This document shows positions 19,529 through 29,425 of a DNA stretch of 60,316 nucleotides, one piece after another (within the stretch, counting starts at the first letter, position 1; each line of letters starts with the position of its first letter). The translations under genes were made by a program, and so were the position numbers. The notes beneath the pieces were generated by a model. It saw nothing but the letters and a program-made list of their open reading frames with translations, made no database searches and was not told the DNA's origin. Where the stretch lies: positions 1 through 60,316 of IMG/VR virus record IMGVR_UViG_3300018080_000195. One strand, 5' to 3'. This stretch comes from a virus (Duplodnaviria; Caudoviricetes).

Positions 19529-19980
19529 TACGTGTCATTCTCAGTAGGCGTGAACTGGACAAAGTTCGTATCGAGGTACGTACTGTCCCGTCCTGTATCC
19601 TCCTCATACTGGAATCCAGCGTCTATCTTCATCGTGCCGATATGGACGGCCATATCCGGATCGACGGGCTCCGATTCCAGATATTCCTTGTACTCCTTGT
19701 CCATGTACTCGATCAGACTCCGATAGTGCTCGAATCTGTGATGAAGAGAGTACTGCTTGACCTTGAACTTATGGGCACTCTCAGCTAGGAGCATCGAATA
19801 GATCGCACGTTTCGCTCTCTCTACGAGCCAGTGGATCTTCATGTCATTCGTTGCGGGAATAGCATAGCCCGTCTCACGGGAAGCAGCTTGCACTGCCCTC
19901 GTATAGTCATCCTGATCTAGATAACTATCGAGTCCCTTCACATCATCTTGGACAAGCAATGCTAGTTCCGTCTCGTTCAT
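19528..19980 (-). CDS. putative head-tail adaptor
   Basis: Helical, 150 aa, downstream of the capsid genes. Confidence 0.55.
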   Translation of the reverse strand: MNETELALLVQDDVKGLDSYLDQDDYTRAVQAASRETGYAIPATNDMKIHWLVERAKRAIYSMLLAESAHKFKVKQYSLHHRFEHYRSLIEYMDKEYKEYLESEPVDPDMAVHIGTMKIDAGFQYEEDTGRDSTYLDTNFVQFTPTENDT

Positions 19981-20231
19981 TCTTTGCTCCTGCGAACAAG
20001 TTTTCTCGTACTCTTGGGTTTCTCAACTTCTACAGGGATCTCAATTGGTTGCGATTCTTGAGGCTCCTCCTTGACATCCGCTTCGCTCTCAAGGATCTCA
20101 ATGTGTGGGGAGCCTCGCGCAATTTCTTTGAGTATGTCAGGAGAGAAAGGTTTCGTGTAAACCTTTCCCCCCTGAAATACTTTATCTCCAAACTTGAGGG
20201 TTCTCAGGACCCTCACCGATTCGACGTTCAT
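19977..20231 (-). CDS. hypothetical protein (capsid-adjacent)
   Basis: GGAGG RBS, start MNVESV, charged C-terminus. Confidence 0.6.
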   Translation of the reverse strand: MNVESVRVLRTLKFGDKVFQGGKVYTKPFSPDILKEIARGSPHIEILESEADVKEEPQESQPIEIPVEVEKPKSTRKLVRRSKE

Positions 20232-20259
20232 AGTCGATTGACCTCCGTAAAGTCGCCCT

Positions 20260-20730
20260 CTACTTGACGGGCTCCAGTTCGACGACAACAACAGGACATT
20301 GAATCTCTTGTGTCGGAGAAGCAGTCCGAGTCACATGGAGATCGACTTCGAGGACATCTCCAATCTCAAACGAGTTATTGGAGTAGTCCAAAACTGCTTC
20401 AACGATTCCTGTGTCACCAGTCTTTCCGGTTGTCTTCTGCTGTGAATCTTCTCCACTGATATGTGCGATTCCAGCCATTGTCGTGAGACAGGAAGTGTCG
20501 TTGATCATAACGTCGCCGGAAAAGTTGAGTTCGTTCGAATCATCCTTTCCGCTCTGAGCGCATGATACCCATACTCTCTTGACCCTTCCTTTGAACCGCG
20601 CTGTTCCTGCTGGCACTCCGCACACGTCCGCGACGAGTTCACCTGACCATGACACCTGCATTGGAGGCATTACGTTAAGAGCAAGACGCTCTCTCCAACC
20701 GACTTCAGGAAAAACGTGATCCGACTTCAT
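20260..20730 (-). CDS. putative virion / decoration protein
   Basis: Strong RBS, beta-sandwich-like composition (FEIGDVLEVDLHV), right after MCP. Confidence 0.5.
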   Translation of the reverse strand: MKSDHVFPEVGWRERLALNVMPPMQVSWSGELVADVCGVPAGTARFKGRVKRVWVSCAQSGKDDSNELNFSGDVMINDTSCLTTMAGIAHISGEDSQQKTTGKTGDTGIVEAVLDYSNNSFEIGDVLEVDLHVTRTASPTQEIQCPVVVVELEPVK

Positions 20731-20747
20731 GGCTCACCTCCTTCCCT

Positions 20748-21998
20748 CTAATCGCAGACGGTTAGTTGATAGATCGCGTCCGTATGGTACAGAATCGGAA
20801 TCCCCTTGTCTTGTACTCTAATCTGCACAACTTCCGGATCCCACTTGTCGTTCCGATCCGTACTGAGTCCATACTTCCTCGGCACCCCGTACGGTGCAGT
20901 CTTGTACTCAGCGATCTTCGATCCTTCAACACTCGTGGCCATCATCACGAACTTCGTGTCCGCAATGAATTTCTTCTTCATGACAGCATAGTCCTCTCCT
21001 GCTTTGAACGATGCTGTAGGAGCACTGGAGACTGTAACAGTTCCATTCTCCACTTGGATCGAAGCAATCGTCTCATCCTCATACGTTCCTGCACTAACAT
21101 CAACAAGACGGAGTGTTCCTCCTACTTCGTAGTCGGAAGTGTCCGTGACAGGAATCGCAGTCGTACTTGATCCTGTAACAGCACCGGTGAGCACGTTCCT
21201 CACCTCATACACTTCGTCGTAGATGATCAGTCTAGGAATGTCCAAGAGTCCAGCGATCACATTCGGATTCACTCCGACGATAGGGTTCTTCGATCCTTTG
21301 AAGAGATCACCGTCTCCGAAAGCGGACTTCTGGAGCAACGTCTGGATGTCCGGGTCCTGTGCGAGATAGCGTAGAACTTGGCTATTGCAGATGGCAATAT
21401 CCACTTTCCCACCACACTCGTCAGCGATCAGCTTCTTGCCGTCGATGATGTCTCCGATGATGTTCCTGCTCGTTCCGTCATTCCAGTGATAGTCCGTTCC
21501 AAGAGAGACTTGGTTTGCGGACGGAATGCCGTAGTCAAGCTCGTTCTTATAGCCAGTAGCTATGTAGTAACTGAAGGAGCCATCGAAGAGCATCTTTGCA
21601 AACATCCACTCACGTCTCCGGTTCGCACGGTTCACAAGGCCGGCAAGTTCGCGGCTCAGCCTCGCTGCTGCGTCCAGATAAGCGGATTCCGTTCCCTCCT
21701 GTCGAAGGTTATTCAAGAACTCTTCATCGAAGTCCATGATTTCCTTCCAGAAGGCCGCCTCTGCACTGTGCTGTGCGACTCCGAGTGGTGCTGTCTTCGG
21801 GGCCGGTGCTCCGGGCGGTACGAACGGGGTCATGCCTCTCGTTCCAGTCTGACTCTCCCACTTGATAGCGGAGGAGGGAGACGGACTTGAGGGAAAGAGG
21901 TTCTGGAGTACAAGTTCAGGTGGTGACATGAACTTGGTAAGGAATTTCTGCAACACTTCGAGTCGCAGAATCGGGATTTCACTTGATCCTCTGGGCAT
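20748..21998 (-). CDS. major capsid protein (lambda gpE-like) with inserted beta domain
   Basis: LQNLFP...MTPFVPPGAPAP, RANRRREWMFAKML.G, WNDGTSRNIIGDI, KWDPEVVQIRVQDKGIPIL. Confidence 0.92.
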   Translation of the reverse strand: MPRGSSEIPILRLEVLQKFLTKFMSPPELVLQNLFPSSPSPSSAIKWESQTGTRGMTPFVPPGAPAPKTAPLGVAQHSAEAAFWKEIMDFDEEFLNNLRQEGTESAYLDAAARLSRELAGLVNRANRRREWMFAKMLFDGSFSYYIATGYKNELDYGIPSANQVSLGTDYHWNDGTSRNIIGDIIDGKKLIADECGGKVDIAICNSQVLRYLAQDPDIQTLLQKSAFGDGDLFKGSKNPIVGVNPNVIAGLLDIPRLIIYDEVYEVRNVLTGAVTGSSTTAIPVTDTSDYEVGGTLRLVDVSAGTYEDETIASIQVENGTVTVSSAPTASFKAGEDYAVMKKKFIADTKFVMMATSVEGSKIAEYKTAPYGVPRKYGLSTDRNDKWDPEVVQIRVQDKGIPILYHTDAIYQLTVCD

Positions 21999-22015
21999 CC
22001 TATCTCACCTCCTTT

Positions 22016-22696
22016 CTATCGGATATAGGCGTACTGTCCAATGGTAGACGCACTAATGTCCGTCTGAGCATTGGAGTCAAGGTTCAACAGCATACCAGCG
22101 TACAGAACACAGTTGCCAATGATCAGCGTTGCTACAGCACCCTTGGAGTTGAGTCCGGTTCCTGTGTCCACAGACTTCTCAAGGATGCCTACGGCAGTAA
22201 CGGAGCCTTCCAGACAAGCATAAGCAAACTTCGCAGTCGTGAAAGTGTCTCCTGTTGCGGTCGTAAACGTAATCACAGCATAGCTTGTGTACGTGGTCCT
22301 GTCGATAGCCGTTATGGCTCCTCCATTGTCCAAGTTCACTTCTCCATCACTGTCGATGATCAGGATGTCATCTCCTACTGCAAATCTGTAGGAGTCCGGG
22401 ATCGTCACGTTGCACGTTGCTTGTCCAGACGTTTGATCAGCGACAAGATAGGAGCGTCCTGGCGCATTCTCCGTTCCAAGGATTGAAGCTGTTGGATCGT
22501 AGGGAACGAAGTTGCCTGCCGTGGTTGCAGACGTGTTCCGGGACAGAACGGTCCCCATCTTGAGGACCCCGAATCCGGGAGCGATAGTGATCGGAATCTT
22601 CAACGCAGCATCCGGATCGCTGTAGTACAGCTTTTTGTAGTCTTCCTGGGTTCCACGAATGATGTTAGGAATATCCTGGGCCATATCGGTTTTCAC
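22016..22696 (-). CDS. head decoration protein (lambda gpD-like) with inserted domain
   Basis: ITIAPGFGVLKMGTVLS...VPYDP...AVGILEKSVDT...ATLIIG; sits between scaffold and MCP. Confidence 0.8.
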   Translation of the reverse strand: MKTDMAQDIPNIIRGTQEDYKKLYYSDPDAALKIPITIAPGFGVLKMGTVLSRNTSATTAGNFVPYDPTASILGTENAPGRSYLVADQTSGQATCNVTIPDSYRFAVGDDILIIDSDGEVNLDNGGAITAIDRTTYTSYAVITFTTATGDTFTTAKFAYACLEGSVTAVGILEKSVDTGTGLNSKGAVATLIIGNCVLYAGMLLNLDSNAQTDISASTIGQYAYIR

Positions 22697-22711
22697 CTCC
22701 TTTCGAGTAGA

Positions 22712-24187
22712 TTAGTCCGTAGCTCCAAAGTCTACAAACTGGGAAAGGGTTCCCACTGCCTCGTCGTTCTCCTTCGCTAACTGAGTGACAGCAGTGTCGT
22801 CGTTGCCAGTCGCGTCCTTCGTCTGGAACGACATGCCGAGGACAGAGGACGTTACACCCTTATCCTCCCAGTCCTTGATCTCAGCGTCGATTGCCTCTGA
22901 AAAGCCCTTCTCATCAAGAACACCGTCCTTGACGTGCTTCGCATACGGCACATGGGCAGAGACTTTCGCAAACAGGTGCTCCGGGATGTTGGACTCTGTA
23001 AGCTTGGAAGTCCAGATTCCATCCGCTCTGTGCTTCAACTCATTCTCCGTGCGGATAGCATCCTTCTTCTCAAGCTCCAAAATCCGGTCCGTGGAAGCTT
23101 TGCTCTCCTCCGAGTGCTTCGTCTCCAAGTCCTCTTTCTCCTTCGTGAACTTGGCAGTAAGCTCTTCGGTCACGGTTGCTGTGACGGACTCCGTGACAGA
23201 GGCAGTAACTTCCTCCTTAGCCGACTCCATCAGCGCACTGAACGCTTCAGGGTTCTGCTCCTGCAATTCTTTCAGGGTCATCTTTGACATCACCTCCTTT
23301 TCATTGGACTTTGTTTGATCGTCTTCGACCGTCCTGTTTGTCTGTACCTCCATCTCCAGTTCAAGTTCAGTGTTCGCAAACGCTTCGGATCGAGTGTTGG
23401 AGTCGTGGCCGAAGACACACACGGAGGCTTCCTTGAACTCCCACTGCCTCCAGATTGCACCGGGGCCTTTCATCGTAAACCCATTCACTTCCGCGCTTGC
23501 ATCCTCATCCAACCGTTCGATGTTCGACGGAACACCGTATATACTCGACTCATACGGGAAGCCCTGCTTTGAGAGTTTCTGAAACTCTTCGGAGCATTCA
23601 GTATCGACGAACTGCACCTTGTCCGGGTCGATTGACAACTGATGATCCTTTACTACGGGCTTGCCGTTAGAGAATGCAATCTTCCTGTCCATCATGTGAT
23701 TCTCAAGGATAGGAAAAGAGCCCTTGCTGAACTTCATTCCGTCGAGGTCAATGACAAGCTGACCCCAATACCAGTGGTTCTTGATCGGTTTGCCGGAGTA
23801 AGCGACCATCTTCAGCTTCGGCTTGTCGCTGTCCCCCGTTTCCATCTTTGCGAAGCATTCATGATCCATGAACTGCAACGCAGACTGTGGCATTTTCAGC
23901 TTCTCTTTCGTCATAGTCACCTCCATAGAGGGATGCTCTGTCTGACCCTCATCGTATTGGAACACTTTCCTTACGATTCCATCCGAGAATTGATCAAACA
24001 GAGAGAACGCTCCTGTGTCCATAGCAAACGCAGCATTTGCAATCCGAATCGCTGAAGCGTCACAATTCTTTCCTCCTTTTGCTTGACAACGCTTCAGAGC
24101 AGCATTCGCTATGCTGACCCACTTCTTCTTCTGTGAAGGAGAAAGCCCTTTCTTCTTACTGTCTACGTCCGCAACAGTCCAGGGCAT
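22712..24187 (-). CDS. prohead protease / scaffold with N-terminal ChaB-like domain
   Basis: Start MPWTVADV at 24187. VAYSG...VIDLDGM...ILENH...GFPYESSI...EASVCVFGHDSNT protease core; acidic helical scaffold C-terminus. Confidence 0.8.
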   Translation of the reverse strand: MPWTVADVDSKKKGLSPSQKKKWVSIANAALKRCQAKGGKNCDASAIRIANAAFAMDTGAFSLFDQFSDGIVRKVFQYDEGQTEHPSMEVTMTKEKLKMPQSALQFMDHECFAKMETGDSDKPKLKMVAYSGKPIKNHWYWGQLVIDLDGMKFSKGSFPILENHMMDRKIAFSNGKPVVKDHQLSIDPDKVQFVDTECSEEFQKLSKQGFPYESSIYGVPSNIERLDEDASAEVNGFTMKGPGAIWRQWEFKEASVCVFGHDSNTRSEAFANTELELEMEVQTNRTVEDDQTKSNEKEVMSKMTLKELQEQNPEAFSALMESAKEEVTASVTESVTATVTEELTAKFTKEKEDLETKHSEESKASTDRILELEKKDAIRTENELKHRADGIWTSKLTESNIPEHLFAKVSAHVPYAKHVKDGVLDEKGFSEAIDAEIKDWEDKGVTSSVLGMSFQTKDATGNDDTAVTQLAKENDEAVGTLSQFVDFGATD

Positions 24188-24188
24188 A

Positions 24189-25799
24189 CTACTTCTTCTC
24201 CGTTGGCTTCTTAGTAGCCTCCGGTTTCCTCTTCGATACTGGAGGCTCCGCCTCCATCGACTCCTGCAAGGACTCAGCATCCACAGAGTAGATCAACTCC
24301 GGATACGCTTCCTTCTCCGTTGCGTGTCTCAGACGCATACGTCCGTAGTTGCTGAAGCCCATTCTACGGGCAACCTCACTGTACGGAATCCCAAGCGTGT
24401 CGGATGCAGGTCCGTGTTTGACTCCCATGAGTCCTCGGGCACGTCCTTCGTAGTCGATGTTCTCGGAAATTGGATAGCTGATCTCAATCAAATGAGACGC
24501 TTTCTTCTTCACGTTTCCAAATACTGGCTCACCGTCCTTGTCAAAACTCGTTGCCTCACGGACTTTGTGCTCATATTTGAAGTCAGAGACGGATGATTTC
24601 AGGAAGAAAATGGCTTCCCAGAAGTCGTACTTCAGAAAGCGATCAAAGAACGCTATCTCATCTGAAGTTCTGTCGGCCATCGGTCCTCGGGAAGCCTTAA
24701 CACTTGCATATGTTCCTTTTGCACGTCCAAGAGTCACATCTTCCGGCTCATTCAGACCAGAAGAAATCATTTCCATGATATCCGTGTCCTGCTCCGTGAT
24801 CCGAGTCAGATTTGGATTCCGAACGTCCAGCGAGACTCCCGGAGGAAGCACGAGAGAGCCTCCTGGCGTCTTTTTCGCTGTGATTCCTGTCTTTCTGCGC
24901 TCTTCATCGGAGAGGGACAACCATAATTTGAACGCACGAGGCTCTTCGAAGCTGAAAACCCAGACATAGGCACCACTGGATTTCTTGTGATCTATCTCAT
25001 ATTTCTTCAGATTCTCATAGTAGTTGAGCCACTCAACAGTCGTTCTCATGTAACTTATCGCTCTACGGGTCAAAAATCCTTTGTCCCAAGCGACCACAAA
25101 GCGATAATATCCGTTAAATTTACTGAATTTTCTGCTGCGGGAATGCGAACCTCTGAGTAATTTTCGCTGAAAATACTCGTCTTTTGCAGCAATTTCGACT
25201 AATTCTGGGAAATAAGCGCAATAAATGGACGGAATTTGCGCTTTATTGCCCTCTAAGTCGTCTATTGTGTACAAAAGGGGCATTAAAGACTTGGAAGGGT
25301 GAAAAATGATCCCAGAATCGTCACTTCCCGCACCCATAATCGTAGAAGGGTCAATAAAGTCCACCTCGACGAACGAATCCTTGTGTAAAGTCAAAAGTAG
25401 GAAGAGTTCGCCTTCAACGAGAGAGCGACCAACGTATTTCGGCCAGTAGTTGTACAGCCGATTGCGTGGATCATAGTAGATTTCGTCTATTGCTGTTTGG
25501 ATTTCTGCGATGTCTGAGGTGGTTTCAAAGCCGAGGCCCGTGAGTCTGCCAAGTAATCCTCGTGTAGCTGTATTAAACTGCGGGTTTCTGTTGAACTTTC
25601 GCCAGCACTCCTTCTGCAATGTGTCTCTAGTCGTTTTCGAGTCATCTTTATCCGTTGAGAGCGTAGTCGCAGAGAAGCCGTCCTCATCCTTGTACCCTCC
25701 TGTTCCAGAGTCATACTGCCAAGGAACTGAGAACTGTAAGGAAGCGAGTACTTCGTCCGGCATATCCAAGATGTACTGCTCTATATCCGATCTATCCAT
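24189..25799 (-). CDS. portal protein
   Basis: 536 aa between TerL and protease; RSLVEGELFLLL, ISSGLNEPEDVTLGRAKGTYAS. Confidence 0.88.
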   Translation of the reverse strand: MDRSDIEQYILDMPDEVLASLQFSVPWQYDSGTGGYKDEDGFSATTLSTDKDDSKTTRDTLQKECWRKFNRNPQFNTATRGLLGRLTGLGFETTSDIAEIQTAIDEIYYDPRNRLYNYWPKYVGRSLVEGELFLLLTLHKDSFVEVDFIDPSTIMGAGSDDSGIIFHPSKSLMPLLYTIDDLEGNKAQIPSIYCAYFPELVEIAAKDEYFQRKLLRGSHSRSRKFSKFNGYYRFVVAWDKGFLTRRAISYMRTTVEWLNYYENLKKYEIDHKKSSGAYVWVFSFEEPRAFKLWLSLSDEERRKTGITAKKTPGGSLVLPPGVSLDVRNPNLTRITEQDTDIMEMISSGLNEPEDVTLGRAKGTYASVKASRGPMADRTSDEIAFFDRFLKYDFWEAIFFLKSSVSDFKYEHKVREATSFDKDGEPVFGNVKKKASHLIEISYPISENIDYEGRARGLMGVKHGPASDTLGIPYSEVARRMGFSNYGRMRLRHATEKEAYPELIYSVDAESLQESMEAEPPVSKRKPEATKKPTEKK

Positions 25800-25824
25800 A
25801 GATCTAGTATCCTGTCAGTTCACA

Positions 25825-25968
25825 TTGGATAAAGGTGGACCGGCCGCCCAGCGTGGCATTCCGGGCGGCCAATCCAAGGAAGAAGGAGCCCCTCGACGGG
25901 GACCGAGACTGTGGTCGAGATGCGCGGAAAGGGACTGAAAGTTCACATGCTCAACCTCCCCGTCGAGG
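25825..25968 (-). ncRNA. candidate structured RNA / leader between terL and portal
   Basis: 12-bp inverted repeat 25891-25902 / 25957-25968 plus GC hairpin 25842-25849 / 25863-25870 in a 255-nt intergenic gap. Confidence 0.4.
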
Positions 25969-26054
25969 TTACAAAGGAAGAAAATGACAGACGGTGTGAC
26001 GGTAGCAAATCGGTAGGAATCTTGTCAAGGAAAATTTCAGATTTTTTTGCAGGG

Positions 26055-27887
26055 TCAGTAATTTCCAACCAGGCTAGCGTCCGGCGTGAATGTTCCAAAG
26101 AATCTCGTACTCCTCCGAGCACGGAATTCATCAGGTCCGAGCATACGGCCTCCGTACATGCACCAGCCTAAGGAGTAGATGAAGTCGTCTTGGATTCCGT
26201 ACCGTTCGGCCTTCTCCGGGGAGCCAAACCAACGCTTCTCGATGTCATGATCGAAGATGCTCATCTCTTCGCGCATGATGTCCTCTTTCTTGCTGCCGTG
26301 GATTGGAATTGGAGGAGCTTTGAATCTTCCTTTAGCAACTACGTTGAAGAGTTCCTTGAACGCTCCTCTCTGTCTGTCATATGTCGGATAGATCGCTTCG
26401 AACTGGATTTCGCGCTCCTCGGACCAGGGTTGCAAGTCCCATATGCCGTAACGCTCTCCGCAGATCATGTCGATTCCATCGTACTCCTCATTGACTGCTT
26501 CAAGGATCGACTTCATCTTGTCCATGCTGTGATCCTCGATGTCCGCAGCATACAACAGGAAGTAGATATACTCCGGGTTTCCTAGCTCCTGATTATATAT
26601 ATAAGGTCTACTACGACACCCGACCAATCCTTTCAGCATGAACGTCATGATCGTCCGAGCGTTGCTCCTCTGCGACATCGGGTCGGCCATGTCAATCCCT
26701 GCGAGGAGGGCCCAGTCCGTATCGAGCAGTTTGCTCAGATTCTCGATCTCCTGCATCGTCGGAAACTTCGGAACTGGATAACTCGGATCTGTCATACTGA
26801 TGACATCCGAGACAAGCTTGAAGCGTTGCTCGATGTTGTACGCTTTCACTTCCAGCTTCGTAGCTGCATCGAACAACCCGCGTCCCTCAATATCAATCTT
26901 GTTGTCGATCAGCTTGTTCCGCTCCACTACAGCTTCGTGGACTTCCGTGTGATTGAGCAGAGCGTCCTCCGTTCCAAGTATCGCAGTCTCCTCTATCATC
27001 TCGTCCGTGAAGACTCTCGCTTGTCCTGCGCTCCACAAGTTGAGGAAGTAACGCTCAAACTCTCCAAACGGAAACGTGACGCGATAGTCGTTCAACTGCG
27101 TCTCGTCCATGTTCGGATTCCAGTAATCGTCCGGCATTCCCTCTCTGGAGTGACGATAGGAGAAGAACACTTCCTTCGTCTTCTGCTCCGTGAAGCTGTG
27201 ATAGAGTTGGTACAGAACGTGCTGCTTGTCCGAGACTGTGGAGTCAATGATCCCTAGTGCGTTCGGCATGTTACGGATCGAACCGTACAACTGCACGTAG
27301 AACTTCGGATTCTTCATGTCGAAGATCTCGGAGAACGTGAACCCAGTAATGTTGGAGACGATTCCGGAGAAGCTAGAAATCGAACGGATCAGGGATAGCA
27401 CCTTCCCCCGGCCGTCCTTCAAGTGGATCTCTTTCTCCTGAATGTTCTTCTTTCCGACTTGCTCAAACAAAGTAGGAGAGTTGTACAGGATGTCGCGGAT
27501 AATATCATAGTGGACAAACTTCACTTGATCCTTCGAGTTCGCTCCGAGCATGATCTGCTGCTTCGGCCAACAAAAGAACTTCCATAGCTGTATGAGACAT
27601 ACGAGTAACGATTTGCCTTCCCCACGCATCCAACAGAAGACGATCAGACGGTACTTGAACCTGCCGTTCTCAATAACGAGACACTGACGCACTACTTCCT
27701 GCTGCGACTCCCAGATGCCAGAGTAGGATTTCCCCGTAGCAGGGTTCCTCTCCGTGGGGAGTTCTCCCATCGGACACCACTCGGGTATCGTCTCCCCCGG
27801 GTAGTAGATCGGCACACACACATGATCATTGCAGAAGTTGATGAATCCTTCCGCTCCATTCCGATACTTCTTGAAGTTGATTCTCAT
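26055..27887 (-). CDS. terL: terminase large subunit
   Basis: Walker A MRGEGKS, GANSKDQ, atypical Walker B FTFSEIF, IIDST, nuclease AGIDMA...QDDFIYSLGW. Confidence 0.9.
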   Translation of the reverse strand: MRINFKKYRNGAEGFINFCNDHVCVPIYYPGETIPEWCPMGELPTERNPATGKSYSGIWESQQEVVRQCLVIENGRFKYRLIVFCWMRGEGKSLLVCLIQLWKFFCWPKQQIMLGANSKDQVKFVHYDIIRDILYNSPTLFEQVGKKNIQEKEIHLKDGRGKVLSLIRSISSFSGIVSNITGFTFSEIFDMKNPKFYVQLYGSIRNMPNALGIIDSTVSDKQHVLYQLYHSFTEQKTKEVFFSYRHSREGMPDDYWNPNMDETQLNDYRVTFPFGEFERYFLNLWSAGQARVFTDEMIEETAILGTEDALLNHTEVHEAVVERNKLIDNKIDIEGRGLFDAATKLEVKAYNIEQRFKLVSDVISMTDPSYPVPKFPTMQEIENLSKLLDTDWALLAGIDMADPMSQRSNARTIMTFMLKGLVGCRSRPYIYNQELGNPEYIYFLLYAADIEDHSMDKMKSILEAVNEEYDGIDMICGERYGIWDLQPWSEEREIQFEAIYPTYDRQRGAFKELFNVVAKGRFKAPPIPIHGSKKEDIMREEMSIFDHDIEKRWFGSPEKAERYGIQDDFIYSLGWCMYGGRMLGPDEFRARRSTRFFGTFTPDASLVGNY

Positions 27888-27976
27888 TCCTTGTCTCCGA
27901 AGTAAGCAAGAAGGACTCCGACAAGCAGGACGAGCAGCATAGCGTAAACAACTCCGTTTGGAACGTCTTCCATCAT
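27884..27976 (-). CDS. 30-aa single-TM micropeptide
   Basis: MMEDVPNGVVYAMLLVLLVGVLLAYFGDKE; start overlaps the upstream TAA and stop overlaps the terL ATG (ATGA). Confidence 0.6.
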   Translation of the reverse strand: MMEDVPNGVVYAMLLVLLVGVLLAYFGDKE

Positions 27977-28815
27977 TATTTCACATACTTTCTATAGAAA
28001 TCTGTCTGCTTCATTGAGTTTGTGCCGAGCCGGACACGCTCTCCAAACGTATTCGTCCGCGGCTCACTCTCTATCCACTTCTTCTGCTGCTCAGACGCTT
28101 CCAGTCCAAGGATGGAGAGCAAGCGGAGCCATTCCGCTTTCCTGTCGTCTGGATCGCTCAGGTTCACAATATGCACGGACGCTCCGTACTGTCTGATCAA
28201 ATCACTGACTTTCGCGTAGTTCAGAGTCAAACGCGCTTTGAAACTGGAAATGTTCTGCTCGATATTCTGTCCTTTCGGATGGATTCCTTTGTTCCATGTC
28301 CAGAACATCTCCTCCAGGTTCCTCCTCACAGGGTAGATATACAACGAGCGGCGTGCGTTAAAGAACAGCCCGCGTCTTTCTTTCTCACGAATATTAGCAA
28401 AAGCTTTCCAAGCTTCGTCATCACGTATAGCTAACACTTTCTTGGAGAATGCCGCGTCCGCTCCAGTCTTCGCATTCTTATCCAACAGGAAATCCTTGTG
28501 CTCACACGGAACTCCTTGGACATTCGCAGGAGGAGCTTTGTTCGTTCCAAAGCGCGAACGCAAACTGTCAATCGCTCCTCCAGCAGTGTTAAAACAGTAA
28601 GCTTCCGGGTGCAGGTGCACAAAGGCCGCAATGTGCATTGTAGCACAGCCAGGGGTGCCCCCAATGTAAACAAGCAACTTTTCCGACGACATAGCTTCCT
28701 CCTCCAAAAAGTCCTCAATCCGAACAGTGCAGTTCCGACACTTCCTCTTAGAATGAACAGGAGCAGTATTCCGCTCAAAGCTCCTCAGATAAGGATTATT
28801 CGTCCTCGTCTTCAT
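27976..28815 (-). CDS. divergent sulfotransferase-like P-loop protein (start may be 28692)
   Basis: LVYIGGTPGCATMHIAAFVHLHPE resembles FI.G.pRSGTT.l...L..HP; also YPVRRNL, RLLSILGL. Confidence 0.5.
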   Translation of the reverse strand: MKTRTNNPYLRSFERNTAPVHSKRKCRNCTVRIEDFLEEEAMSSEKLLVYIGGTPGCATMHIAAFVHLHPEAYCFNTAGGAIDSLRSRFGTNKAPPANVQGVPCEHKDFLLDKNAKTGADAAFSKKVLAIRDDEAWKAFANIREKERRGLFFNARRSLYIYPVRRNLEEMFWTWNKGIHPKGQNIEQNISSFKARLTLNYAKVSDLIRQYGASVHIVNLSDPDDRKAEWLRLLSILGLEASEQQKKWIESEPRTNTFGERVRLGTNSMKQTDFYRKYVK

Positions 28816-29425
28816 CTTCCTCCAAAGACTTCCTCCGTCTCACCCTACGCGAGGGCTCCTCCAGTGAAGCATGAAAGTCCGGATTTCCGTACTCCAACGG
28901 ATCACGTATGGAAGTAGGAGCGAAAGCAGATGCGGAAGTACCGTGCAACCCGAGAGCTTTCCACTCCTTCGAGATCGCTTGGAGAGTATCTCGGATCTCC
29001 TTAAACACAGGATTCGCTCGACGAACTCCTTTGTCATCCAGATAGATCGCATCCTGTATAGAGTGCTCCACTATAAGCAACTTACACAACATCTTATAGA
29101 GCGGCATCATATGCAGCCCGACCCTGTAGAGGCGCGGCTCATCCATCTGATCCGCGAAGTTCCTGTAGAGTATAATTGACAGGGATTTCAAGAACTGGGA
29201 ATGGGTTTGACATTTTACTGCTGGGCCTTTCTGGTACGGACAGGTCGTCTCTATCGGGCAGTCATTCATCCGGCACATCGGCACCGCATCCCAGGAGTAG
29301 AAGAGGGAAGTGGCATTGAATTTACCTTTCGGGAGTTTCTGTGTGCCAAACCCTTTTGCGTAGGCCGGGCCCGCTATACTGTTCAGATCTTGTATGTCTG
29401 TAGTGCTCAGTCCGTTTCCATTCAT
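28796..29425 (-). CDS. putative terminase small subunit with Cys cluster
   Basis: DDKGVRRANPVFKEIRDTLQAISKEWKALGL resembles the P27-type TerS C-terminus (NP...LGL); first gene of the late arm. Confidence 0.6.
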   Translation of the reverse strand: MNGNGLSTTDIQDLNSIAGPAYAKGFGTQKLPKGKFNATSLFYSWDAVPMCRMNDCPIETTCPYQKGPAVKCQTHSQFLKSLSIILYRNFADQMDEPRLYRVGLHMMPLYKMLCKLLIVEHSIQDAIYLDDKGVRRANPVFKEIRDTLQAISKEWKALGLHGTSASAFAPTSIRDPLEYGNPDFHASLEEPSRRVRRRKSLEEDEDEDE

